Of a stretch of DNA of 16,633 nucleotides, positions 7,241-15,514 are shown piece by piece. The position numbers and the translations under genes were made by a program. The notes under the pieces are model-generated. The model saw only the letters and a program-made list of their open reading frames with translations, searched no databases and was not told the DNA's origin. The stretch is from Candidatus Micrarchaeota archaeon (GTDB lineage Archaea; Micrarchaeota; Micrarchaeia; Micrarchaeales; Micrarchaeaceae). How positions within the stretch are numbered: the stretch's first letter is position 1; each line of letters opens with the position of its first letter. The DNA lies in the NCBI GenBank assembly GCA_027345565.1, contig DAHWIF010000012.1:1-16633 (forward strand), read 5' to 3'.

Positions 7241-7657
7241 ATGATGACAGCATTCGTGATATCAAAGGTAGAGGGCAGACTTGAACCTGAGGCTGACCTG
7301 CGCAAGCAGAGGTTCCCGAAGCTTGACTACAACATAAGCGATGTGTCGGCAAACGGCACGAAGATAAAGGTCAGCTACGAATTCGCTGCGACATACTTCG
7401 ACAGCGACGCGAAGACAGCCAAGAGCATAGGTGAGCTCAAGCTCGGGGGCTATGTCGAGATCGAGGATACGAAGGATGCAGTTGCAAGCGTATCTAAGAA
7501 GTGGGGCGAGAGCCACATGCTGCCACCGGAACTCGCCGAAGAGGTGTTGAACAACCTCAATTTCAGGTGCGGCGCCACAGGTACGCTGCTCGCTTATTCG
7601 CTTGGGCTCATTCCTCCATTGGTAATAACAAGGACGAAAATCGAGGAGAAGAAGTAG
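7241..7657 (+). CDS. Conserved archaeal hypothetical protein, possibly SecB-like fold, 138 aa
   Basis: ATG 7241 follows the TATA box, so the ORF-track start at 7049 (overlapping the opposite gene) is unlikely. Four beta-strand pattern, then a long helix and a C-terminal LIPPL motif reminiscent of SecB-like proteins. The fold assignment is tentative. Confidence 0.7.
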   Translation: MMTAFVISKVEGRLEPEADLRKQRFPKLDYNISDVSANGTKIKVSYEFAATYFDSDAKTAKSIGELKLGGYVEIEDTKDAVASVSKKWGESHMLPPELAEEVLNNLNFRCGATGTLLAYSLGLIPPLVITRTKIEEKK

Positions 7658-7689
7658 CCCTTCGCCTTACGCTAAAAGCTGGTGCTTAT

Positions 7690-10116
7690 GTGCAGATAGA
7701 GGGGGCAGTGCTCGACATAGACTACCTGATAAGAGAGGGTGGAAAAGCCGACATACGCATCACCGTGAAAGGCACGGATGGAAAGGCGTACGAGATTTAC
7801 GACAGGGATTTCAGGCCGTATTTCTATCTGGCACCGAGCTCTGATGTAGGCGCCGAGGAGCTGATGGCTGTTGCGGCTCAAGATGGCGGGGCTGTAATAA
7901 GGCCCGAGGCAGTTGAAAAGTGCAAGCGCAGGATACTGGGCAAGGAGGAGGACGTATTCAGGATAATAGCAAGGGCGCCGATAAACGTGCCTAAGCTCAG
8001 CGGGGCTATGGGCAGGTTCGGCATATGCTACGAATTTGACATACCTTTCGCGAAGAGGTATGCTCTTGACAAGGACATCACCCCGTTGTCCAATTACACG
8101 ATGAGGGTTGAGAATGAAGGCGGGGCGCTTGTGCTGAAGGGCATGAAGCCGTCCAAGGACGGCATGGAGGTAAAGCTCAACGTAATGTGCTTCGACATCG
8201 AAGTTTACAACCCGCTCGGCATACCTAGGCCGGACAAGGACCCGGTGATAATGATAAGCTACGTGTACAGGTCAGGGGGAGGAGAGGGCTCCGGGGTAAT
8301 CACATACAAGAGCATAAAGAGGGACTTTGTGGAGGTCGTGAAAGACGAGAAGGGGATGTTATCGGCTTTCGCGGAGAAGGTGAGGGAACTCGATATAGAC
8401 GTGATAGCGGGGTACAACTCAGCCAACTTCGACATAAAGTATCTCCTTGATAGGGCGCGCAGGCTGGGGGTGAAGTTCAACCTGAGCAGGTATGAGGGAG
8501 AAACGAGGCTGGAGAGCCACGGTCTGGTCCAGAGAGTGAAGATGGGCGGCGTTGTACACGTGGATGTCTATCAGGTCGTGAAGTTTATATCCATCGTCGG
8601 CGCGTCAGAGAGCATACTCAAGCTCAACAGCTACACGCTAAAGAACGTCTACGAGGCGATAAGCGGGGCCAAGAAGACGAACGTGGACAAACTGAACATA
8701 TACGGGCTCTGGGACGGCTCTGCGAAGGAGGTGGAGGAGCTTGCAGAGTACAACCTGAGCGACTCTCGCGCGTTGCAGGAAGTATACGACATGTTCATTC
8801 CGATAATGATAGAGATGGCGAGGACGACCGGCGACGTTCTCAGCGACACTGCCGTGTCGACCACCGGCCAGCTGGTCGACTACCTTTGCATGAGGTACGC
8901 GAACAATGCTGGTGAGATGATACCGAACAAGCCGGCAGAGAGCGAGATAAGGAGCAGGTCGCTGAACCCAATAGAGGGAGCGTACGTCAAAACACCAGAG
9001 CCTGGGATATACGAGAACCTGGCGATATTCGACTTCCGAGGCTTGTACCCGTCGATAATAATATCGTACAACATAGACCCTGCGACAATATGCTACGACT
9101 GCGATGAGTACTATGAATCGCCGCTTGGCACGAAATTCGACAAGCGTAGGAAGGGCGTCATACCTACGATACTGAAGATACTGATAGACCAGCGGGCGAG
9201 CGTCAAGAAGCAGTACAAAAAGAACCCTGACGACAAGTTCCTTGGCGCAAGGTCATCTGCACTGAAGATCCTCTCCAACTCGTTCTACGGCTATCTCGGC
9301 TATGCAAGGTCCCGCTGGTATTCGAGAGATTGCGCCGGCAGCGTCACCGCATACGGCAGGCAGTACATAAAGGACACGATACAGGCTGCGGAGAAGAGCG
9401 GCTTCAAGGTCCTTTATGCCGATACGGATTCCATCGTCTTCCTGCTGGGAGAAAAGACGAAGGACGACGCGCTGGCGTTCCTGAAGGAGTACAACTCGAA
9501 ACTTCCGGAGAACATGGACCTGGAGGTGGAGGACTTCTTTACGAGGGGCGTTTTCGTTGGCAAGAGGACAGAGACCGGCACTGCCGGGGCGAAGAAGAAG
9601 TATGCGATGATTTCAGAGTCAGGCAGGATCAAGATAAGGGGATTCGAGCTGGTGCGGAGGGACTGGTCATGGGTAGCGAGGGACACGCAGAAGAGGGTGC
9701 TTGAGGCCATCCTCAAGGACGGGAGCGCCGAAAAGGCTGCGCAGGTGGTCAAGGAGGTTGTAAAGAGGCTTAAGGAGGGCAAGGTGCCGCTTAAGGAGCT
9801 GGCGATAAACACCCAGCTGAGGAAGGGCATAGACAACTACGACGCGAAGTCGCCTGAGCTCGGGGCTGCGAGGAAGGCCGTGAAAGCAGGGCAGAAGACA
9901 AGGGATGAGGTGGAAAATGCGGTGATCAGCTATGTGATAACAAAGCACGGCTCAACGATATCCGACAAGGCGGAGCTTGAGGAGTTCGCCAAGGACTACG
10001 ATCCCGACTACTACATAGACAACCAGGTGATACCGGCAACTATGAGAATACTTAAAGAGTTGAACTTCAATGAGGATGAGTTGAAGGGACTAGGAACCCA
10101 GAAGAAGTTGATGTGA
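7690..10116 (+). CDS. polB: Family B DNA polymerase (PolB3-type), 808 aa
   Basis: Exo I FDIE, Exo II YNSANFD, Exo III YNLSD, Pol A DFRGLYPSII, Pol B KILSNSFYGY, Pol C YADTDS. Uracil-pocket-type motifs FRPYFY, P..VP and EFDIPFAKRY. GTG start at 7690 with GGTG SD at 7681-7684. No intein. Confidence 0.96.
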   Translation: MQIEGAVLDIDYLIREGGKADIRITVKGTDGKAYEIYDRDFRPYFYLAPSSDVGAEELMAVAAQDGGAVIRPEAVEKCKRRILGKEEDVFRIIARAPINVPKLSGAMGRFGICYEFDIPFAKRYALDKDITPLSNYTMRVENEGGALVLKGMKPSKDGMEVKLNVMCFDIEVYNPLGIPRPDKDPVIMISYVYRSGGGEGSGVITYKSIKRDFVEVVKDEKGMLSAFAEKVRELDIDVIAGYNSANFDIKYLLDRARRLGVKFNLSRYEGETRLESHGLVQRVKMGGVVHVDVYQVVKFISIVGASESILKLNSYTLKNVYEAISGAKKTNVDKLNIYGLWDGSAKEVEELAEYNLSDSRALQEVYDMFIPIMIEMARTTGDVLSDTAVSTTGQLVDYLCMRYANNAGEMIPNKPAESEIRSRSLNPIEGAYVKTPEPGIYENLAIFDFRGLYPSIIISYNIDPATICYDCDEYYESPLGTKFDKRRKGVIPTILKILIDQRASVKKQYKKNPDDKFLGARSSALKILSNSFYGYLGYARSRWYSRDCAGSVTAYGRQYIKDTIQAAEKSGFKVLYADTDSIVFLLGEKTKDDALAFLKEYNSKLPENMDLEVEDFFTRGVFVGKRTETGTAGAKKKYAMISESGRIKIRGFELVRRDWSWVARDTQKRVLEAILKDGSAEKAAQVVKEVVKRLKEGKVPLKELAINTQLRKGIDNYDAKSPELGAARKAVKAGQKTRDEVENAVISYVITKHGSTISDKAELEEFAKDYDPDYYIDNQVIPATMRILKELNFNEDELKGLGTQKKLM

Positions 10117-10565
10117 TGGAAACCGATGCTAGATTTTTCATTGGCGTGAAAGCCCTAATCAAAAACAGGAAGGGTATGTTCCTGCTCTTGGAGGCTAGAT
10201 CACCTGCGTTGAAATCCACTAAAAGAAAGGCACAGTTCTGGGACCTGCCTGGCGGCAAGATATGGATTGGCGAGAATGACGTCAAAAAGACGCTTGAGAG
10301 AGAGGTTTCCGAAGAATTGGGCGTTAAAAAAGGTGATTTGAAGGTCGGCAAACTCTTTGACGCATCTGTTTCTAATTTAAAGATACAGCACGGCAAAAGA
10401 ATCCCGCTGTTTCTGGTAACGTTTGAATGTGCTCTAAAAGGGAACGCGTTCATACTCACCGAGGAACACGAACGTTTCGCTTGGGTACCAAAGCGCAGGG
10501 CGGCTAAGCTGCTTGGTATAAAATTTAATAAGGCGTTCGTAAGCAAATTGAAGAAAGCTGTTTGA
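10116..10565 (+). CDS. Nudix (MutT-like) hydrolase, 149 aa
   Basis: WDLPGGKIWIGENDVKKTLEREVSEELGV is a Nudix box (one extra residue between E and RE), with EHERFAWV downstream. ATG overlaps the polB stop (TGATG). Confidence 0.88.
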   Translation: METDARFFIGVKALIKNRKGMFLLLEARSPALKSTKRKAQFWDLPGGKIWIGENDVKKTLEREVSEELGVKKGDLKVGKLFDASVSNLKIQHGKRIPLFLVTFECALKGNAFILTEEHERFAWVPKRRAAKLLGIKFNKAFVSKLKKAV

Positions 10566-10566
10566 C

Positions 10567-11469
10567 ATGGAGGAAGACAAACCAGAAATGAAGGCCGTTG
10601 AAGAGGTCGGGGCGGTATCTTACAAGGCTCTGGTCATGGCTAGGGACATGGTGAAGCCGGGTGTTAAGCTCATCGATGTGGCCAACAGGGTTGAGAGCTT
10701 CCTGAAGGAGCAGGGTTATGGCGCTGCTTTCCCGCTGAACCTTTCGGTGAACGACCGGGCAGCCCATTATACCCCCGCTCTGGACGATGGGGCCGCGTTC
10801 GGCGAAAATGATGTTGTGAAGGTCGACTTCGGTGCAGAGAAGAACGGGGTGCTGGGAGATTGCGCCCTTACGGTTGACCTATCGGGCAACAGCCAGAAGC
10901 TTGTAGAGGCATCGATGGATGCGCTCCAGGCCGCGATATCTGCCGTAAAGGCTGGCGTAGAGGTGCGCAGGATAGGCGCTGAGATAGAGAAGGCGATAGC
11001 CGCAAGGGGCTTCGTGCCCATAAGGAACCTTGGAGGCCATACGGTGAAGGTCCACGAACTGCACTCCGATATATTCATACCGAACTACGACAACGGAGAT
11101 GACACGAAGCTTGAGGAGGGTATGGTAGTCGCTATCGAGCCTTTCGCAACGAACGGAGAGGGCATGGTCAGGGACAGCGATATATGCGAGATCTACAGCT
11201 TTGACGGAGAGGTAGGCGTAAGGCTGAAAGAGGCGAGGCTCATCCAGGAAGAGATAAAGAAGAGCTATTCGCATGAGCCGTTCGCTGCGCGCTGGCTTTC
11301 TTCGGTTGTGCCGTCAAGCTTCGGCCTCTATGCCGGTATAGCCGAGCTTGCGAGGTCTGGAGCTCTTACGAGATACCCCACGCTCGTTGAAACGGGGGAG
11401 GGGCTTGTTGCGCAATCAGAGCTCGAGGTGCTTGTGGAAAAAGACAGCTGCAGGATACTTACAAAATGA
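10567..11469 (+). CDS. map: Type II methionine aminopeptidase
   Basis: AFP.NLS.N..AAHYTP, KVDFG, GDCALT, RNLGGH, AIEPFAT and AQSE metal-binding motifs, plus the type II helical insert. Confidence 0.95.
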   Translation: MEEDKPEMKAVEEVGAVSYKALVMARDMVKPGVKLIDVANRVESFLKEQGYGAAFPLNLSVNDRAAHYTPALDDGAAFGENDVVKVDFGAEKNGVLGDCALTVDLSGNSQKLVEASMDALQAAISAVKAGVEVRRIGAEIEKAIAARGFVPIRNLGGHTVKVHELHSDIFIPNYDNGDDTKLEEGMVVAIEPFATNGEGMVRDSDICEIYSFDGEVGVRLKEARLIQEEIKKSYSHEPFAARWLSSVVPSSFGLYAGIAELARSGALTRYPTLVETGEGLVAQSELEVLVEKDSCRILTK

Positions 11470-11516
11470 TCAGGCTTCTTTAGAGCCCTCAACGGTATAG
11501 AGAATATAGAGGAATT

Positions 11517-13802
11517 CTAACCGCATTCGCTGTGGCCGCACTTCGTGCACGTGAAGCATCCGGATGCTGCCACCATTGCGGTCCCGCAGTCCGGGCAGGC
11601 TGTTGCGGCTTTTGACGACATAACATAGCTTCCCGCGCCTTCCCTTATCGCAGCTATCGTCATTCCCTTTGCTTCCTCCTTCTTCTCTGTGTGCCTCTTC
11701 TTAACGTCGGTGAAGTCCTCGATCTGCTGCTGCTTCTCCTTGTCGACCGCCTGCAGGACCTGCACGCTCTTGCTGCTGTCCCTGTAGACGGTTATGCCCT
11801 TGCAGTCCAGCTGGTAAGCCATCCTGTATGCGGTCTCTATATCCTGCGGGGTGGCCCAGCTCGGGAAGTTTATCGTCTTCGATACCCCGTTGTCGACATA
11901 CTTCTGGAACGCTGCCTGCATCTTCACGTGCCATTCGGGCGCGATGTCGTACGCTGTTACAAAGAGCTTCCTCTCCTCCAGAGGCACCGCCTCCGCGTCC
12001 TGTATCGATACCCTGCCGGCGAGGCTCTTCATCAGCTCCTCGGAATAATAACCGTTCTCCAGGGATCTCCTCTCGAATTCGTTGTTGACCTCTATGAGGT
12101 TGTAGCCGAGGCTCTCATGAACATTCCTCATATAGACTACAGAGAATATCGGCTCTATGCCCTGGGATGTCCCGCCGGCTATTATGCTTATCGTCCCTGT
12201 AGGGGCTATCGTGGTGACAGTGGAGTTCCTGAGCGGCTTGTACCCTAGTTTATACCAGATGCTCTCCTTGAATGCCGGGAATGCTCCCCTCTCTTCAGCC
12301 AGCTCCTGGCTCATCTTGCGCCCCTGCTCTGAGATGAACGACATCACCTGCTCTGCAAGCAGCAGGGCCTCGTTGCTGTTGTAGCGTATGCCCAGTTTTA
12401 TTAGCATGTCTGCCCAGCCCATTACGCCGAGGCCTATCCTCCTTATCGCTTGAACAACATCGGATATCTCCTTGAGCGGGTAGCTGTTCGCGTCTATGAC
12501 ATCGTCGAGGAACCTGACCCCCAGCCTTGTGATCCTCTTCAATTCATCCCAATCCACCTCAAAGTGGTGGTCGACCTGCTTGACCATCATCGCCAGGTTT
12601 ATCGAGCCGAGGTTGCATGCATCGAACGGATAGAGCGGCTGTTCGCCGCATGGATTAGTCGACTCGACAGGCCCATAAACCGGCACTGGATTAGCGAAGC
12701 TGGCGTTTATCCTGTCAAGGAAGACAAGCCCGGGATCGCCGGTCTTCCATGCCATGGTGACTATTAGGTTCCATACTGCTCTCGCATTGAGCCTGGCCAC
12801 AACCTTGTTGTTCCTAGGATTTATGAGATCATACTCCTTGTTCTCCTGAAGCGCCTTCATGAACATGTCGGTTATCGCTACCGATATGTTGAAGTTCTTG
12901 AGCACCCCTTCCGTCTCCTTGAGCATTATGAAATCGAGTATGTCCGGGTGGTCTACCCTTAGTATCCCCATGTTGGCACCCCGTCTCTTTCCTCCCTGCT
13001 TGACTTGCTCGGTTGCGAAGTCGAAGACCTTCATGAAGGGTATGGGCCCTGAGGATATGCCGCTTGAGCCTCTCACAACATCGTTGTGCGGCCTCAGTCT
13101 GGAGAATGCGAATCCTGTCCCACCTCCTGTCTTGTGTATTATGGCCGCGTACTTAACCGCATCGAATATCTCGGCCATCGAGTCCCCTACAGGAATCACG
13201 AAGCACGCGCTGAGCTGTCCATCCTGCACTCCGGCATTCATGAGCGTCGGCGAATTCGGCATGAACCTGAAGGTCGACATCACGTCGAAGAAGTCCTTCG
13301 CAATTGCATCGACCTGCTCCTGGCCCTTATTGTACTTTTTCTCCGACGCCGATACCGCTCTCGCCACTCTCTCGAATAGCTGCTTAGGCGTCTCGACGAT
13401 CTTGAGGTTCTCGTCCTTCAGCAGGTATCTAGCTGCGAGGACCATAAGGCTGTTTATCGGCAGTTTGAGGTCGTCATCCACTATCCCAAGCGATGCCTTG
13501 AATGCCCTGACGCTAGCCCGCTTCTGCCTGTATAGGATGTAGCACTTTGCGACGTTCGCGTCATGCTCCATTAGCGCCTTCTCCACCATATCCTGTATCT
13601 CCTCGACGCTCCACTCGTTTTTGTTAGATGCAACTATCACATCGGCAACCGCTTTCGCGGCCTTTGAGGCCTCAGCGAGGTTCTGTTCCGCGGGCCTCTC
13701 CATGTAGACGTTGCAATATGCCTTGTTTATCGCGTTTACGATCTTGCTCTGATCGAAATCAACCGTCTGCCCGTTCCTTTTTATAACAGATTTGGCCCCC
13801 AT
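11517..13802 (-). CDS. nrdJ: Class II (adenosylcobalamin-dependent) ribonucleoside-diphosphate reductase with N-terminal ATP cone and C-terminal Cys-rich Zn ribbon, 761 aa
   Basis: ATP cone VIKRNG...FD.SKI..AI.KA...VEEIQD.VE..L, PNSPTLMNAG, SACF, GGGTG, RRGANM, TNPCGEQPL, CNLGSINL, TIAPTGTISII, SKTIN, and KGITVYRD (no class I YY pair). CPDC...GCFTCTKCGHSEC tail. Start ATG 13802 with GGGG SD. Confidence 0.92.
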   Translation of the reverse strand: MGAKSVIKRNGQTVDFDQSKIVNAINKAYCNVYMERPAEQNLAEASKAAKAVADVIVASNKNEWSVEEIQDMVEKALMEHDANVAKCYILYRQKRASVRAFKASLGIVDDDLKLPINSLMVLAARYLLKDENLKIVETPKQLFERVARAVSASEKKYNKGQEQVDAIAKDFFDVMSTFRFMPNSPTLMNAGVQDGQLSACFVIPVGDSMAEIFDAVKYAAIIHKTGGGTGFAFSRLRPHNDVVRGSSGISSGPIPFMKVFDFATEQVKQGGKRRGANMGILRVDHPDILDFIMLKETEGVLKNFNISVAITDMFMKALQENKEYDLINPRNNKVVARLNARAVWNLIVTMAWKTGDPGLVFLDRINASFANPVPVYGPVESTNPCGEQPLYPFDACNLGSINLAMMVKQVDHHFEVDWDELKRITRLGVRFLDDVIDANSYPLKEISDVVQAIRRIGLGVMGWADMLIKLGIRYNSNEALLLAEQVMSFISEQGRKMSQELAEERGAFPAFKESIWYKLGYKPLRNSTVTTIAPTGTISIIAGGTSQGIEPIFSVVYMRNVHESLGYNLIEVNNEFERRSLENGYYSEELMKSLAGRVSIQDAEAVPLEERKLFVTAYDIAPEWHVKMQAAFQKYVDNGVSKTINFPSWATPQDIETAYRMAYQLDCKGITVYRDSSKSVQVLQAVDKEKQQQIEDFTDVKKRHTEKKEEAKGMTIAAIREGAGSYVMSSKAATACPDCGTAMVAASGCFTCTKCGHSECG

Positions 13803-13848
13803 ATAACCCCTGCAAAAAAAACTTACGCGGTAGGATATGGAAAGAAGG

Positions 13849-13856
13849 TTTAAAAA
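13849..13856 (-). promoter_or_regulatory. TATA box of nrdJ
   Basis: Minus strand reads TTTTTAAACCTTC about 47 nt upstream of ATG 13802, similar to the other TTTAAA(TA)CCTT promoters in the window. Confidence 0.5.
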
Positions 13857-13989
13857 TGGTTCCAACTACTTTTGTGTAATCCAATATTCATTTTTGCTTT
13901 TTTGCACATTTGCTGCGCTCTGCACGTAGCGGCGTGGCGCAATGGCTTTTAATGCTTTTGCAGCCATTATGATATCTGGGAGCGGGTGC

Positions 13990-14130
13990 ATGAAGACAAG
14001 ATGCCTCTCTTGCGGTTTTGTGCTATCTTGCAGCGATGGAAGCTGCGTGGCTGGGCAGGAGTGTCCCAACTGTGGAAGGATTATACCAGATGTTACCGAA
14101 AGTGCTGTTCCGTTTTATAGCCCTTATTAG
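13990..14130 (+). CDS. Small Cys-rich zinc-ribbon (CPxCG-type) protein, 46 aa
   Basis: MKTRCLSCGFVLSCSDGSCVAGQECPNCGRIIPDVTESAVPFYSPY has two CxxCG knuckles. GGGTG lies just upstream and TTTTAAT about 30 nt upstream. The stop overlaps the convergent gene's stop. Confidence 0.65.
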   Translation: MKTRCLSCGFVLSCSDGSCVAGQECPNCGRIIPDVTESAVPFYSPY

Positions 14131-14561
14131 CGCTTTGAACTCGCAGCTACCTCAAGGTCGTCGCACGCTTGCGTGAACTCCTTGCACATCTCATCCCATA
14201 CCGACTTGTATAGGGATTGATTCTGCGTCTCAACTGTGAAAAAGAGCCATGTGGAGAAGGCCTGGGGCGATATTCCCTTGCTGAGCACCTCGTTTATGTC
14301 AGCTGCTGTGATGTTCTTCCATCTGGTGGTCAGCGCCTGCCTGTATTCCTCCCGCACATCATCGCTGTTGAGGCCTGACAGCCCGTCGATTAGATGCTGA
14401 TGGGTCTTCCAGGATTGGCTTGAGGATAGTGATGCGACCAGAACTGCCATTACCTCTATACGGTTCTCATCCTTTGTTAGGTCGCTGTTCTGTTTTTGTG
14501 AAAGCTTGTGGATTTTTGTCGCGAGAACGTCATATTTTGTTACATTGTGTTTCAACGGCAT
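14127..14561 (-). CDS. Hypothetical all-alpha protein, about 144 aa
   Basis: Open frame with a strong GGAGG SD (14570-14574) before ATG 14561. The alternative start is 14594. No family recognised. Confidence 0.7.
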   Translation of the reverse strand: MPLKHNVTKYDVLATKIHKLSQKQNSDLTKDENRIEVMAVLVASLSSSQSWKTHQHLIDGLSGLNSDDVREEYRQALTTRWKNITAADINEVLSKGISPQAFSTWLFFTVETQNQSLYKSVWDEMCKEFTQACDDLEVAASSKR

Positions 14562-14649
14562 TCTCTTTTCCTCCAAAAATTTATTAACACCCATGTGTTA
14601 ACTTCTTTTCAGAGCCCGAACTTGTCTGTATAGTGCTTTGAAAGGAGAA

Positions 14650-14657
14650 TTTATAAG
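14650..14657. promoter_or_regulatory. TATA box in the divergent intergenic region
   Basis: TTTATAAG preceded by purine-rich AAAGGAGAA, about 50 nt upstream of ATG 14708. It also reads CTTATAAA on the minus strand. Confidence 0.5.
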
Positions 14658-14707
14658 CATGTATGCTAATGAGCTTATGCGACAGTTGCCAGTTCGGGTG
14701 CGGAAAA

Positions 14708-15118
14708 ATGGGACTATTCAACCTTTTTGGCAAGAAAGATGTATCGGAATTGGTGAACAACTCACCGTTTAGGCTGGCGACCGTTTGGGTCCCTTACACG
14801 TTGCAGTCAAACAGGAACAGCTCGTGCACGCTAAACGTTAAAATAAAGAACGTGACGCAGGAACCGCTTCTCACCTCGATTGTGGTCGAGCTTCCGCAGA
14901 CCCTCGGCTTCGAGAAGAATGTGTTTACAAAAGAGAGGGAGGTCAGGATAGGCGAAATGACGCCCGGAGAGGAGAAGGAGGTCAATGTTGAGGTGTTCGG
15001 CGGCATGAAATCCGACACCGGCGAATATACTGTCACAATCACAGCCATGGCGCACTACAGGGACTACGGCCATGTAATCAACGCCGTGAAGAAAAGGACG
15101 CTCTTGAAGATCGTATGA
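14708..15118 (+). CDS. Ig-like beta-sandwich protein with N-terminal amphipathic helix, 136 aa
   Basis: ATG 14708 with GGGTG SD. MGLFNLFGKK N-terminus. LNVKIKN, IGEMTPGEEKEVNVEV and GEYTVTITA are typical CARDB/Ig-like strand motifs. No signal peptide. Confidence 0.75.
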   Translation: MGLFNLFGKKDVSELVNNSPFRLATVWVPYTLQSNRNSSCTLNVKIKNVTQEPLLTSIVVELPQTLGFEKNVFTKEREVRIGEMTPGEEKEVNVEVFGGMKSDTGEYTVTITAMAHYRDYGHVINAVKKRTLLKIV

Positions 15119-15121
15119 GCG

Positions 15122-15493
15122 CTATTCCTTTTTCTCCTTCTCTGGTTCCTTTGCCCTCTCCTTTTCCTGCTCCTTCTTCTGCGGCTGGCCCACTATCCCG
15201 TATATGCCATAGATCAGTTCCGCAACCTGCACCCCCCTATCCGTGAGCCTGATCGTCTTTACCCTTCCGCGCCGCTCGCTCTCCGTAAGACCTTTGCTCT
15301 CGCACGAGGCTATGAATTTGCACGCGTGGACGTATGTTGTTCCTGTGGCTTTCGCAAGGGATGAGAGGTACCACTCCTGCTCCTTGGACCTCAATGAAAG
15401 GATTATGCGCGCCTGCTTATCCTTGAGTATTATGACCTCGTCATTATGGGCCTCTACGACCCTTTCCTTTTGCTCCGTTTTCTGCTCCGCCAT
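15122..15493 (-). CDS. Winged helix-turn-helix (MarR/ArsR-like) DNA-binding protein, 123 aa
   Basis: WYLSSLAKATGTTYVHACKFIASCESKGL..ERRGRVKTIRLTDRG is a HTH plus wing. TTTATA lies 22-27 nt upstream of ATG 15493, suggesting a leaderless or short-leader transcript. The longer ORF-track start overlaps the PRC-barrel gene. Confidence 0.82.
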   Translation of the reverse strand: MAEQKTEQKERVVEAHNDEVIILKDKQARIILSLRSKEQEWYLSSLAKATGTTYVHACKFIASCESKGLTESERRGRVKTIRLTDRGVQVAELIYGIYGIVGQPQKKEQEKERAKEPEKEKKE

Positions 15494-15514
15494 GATGGCT
15501 TTGCTCCGCTCACC

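Noticed and set aside
7501-7689. 63-aa N-terminal extension of PolB, or a frameshift fusion with the upstream ORF
   Set aside because: PolB homology begins at about GTG 7690, which has its own SD. No slippery site was seen, and the open overlap is probably chance.
10100-10570. Similar sequences at both Nudix junctions (GAAGAAGTTGATGTGATGGA vs GAAGAAAGCTGTTTGACATGGA) as a target-site duplication
   Set aside because: The match is gapped and explainable by Lys-Lys codons plus stop/start overlap. No mobile-element features are present.
7690-13802. Inteins in PolB or ribonucleotide reductase
   Set aside because: Both proteins are normal length with contiguous catalytic motifs and no intein splice-junction signatures.
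13803-13989. Cobalamin riboswitch or other structured RNA upstream of nrdJ, including a weak TGCGC…GCGCA hairpin at about 13914-13941
   Set aside because: No B12-box consensus was recognised. The hairpin is short, imperfect and upstream of the predicted nrdJ TATA box.
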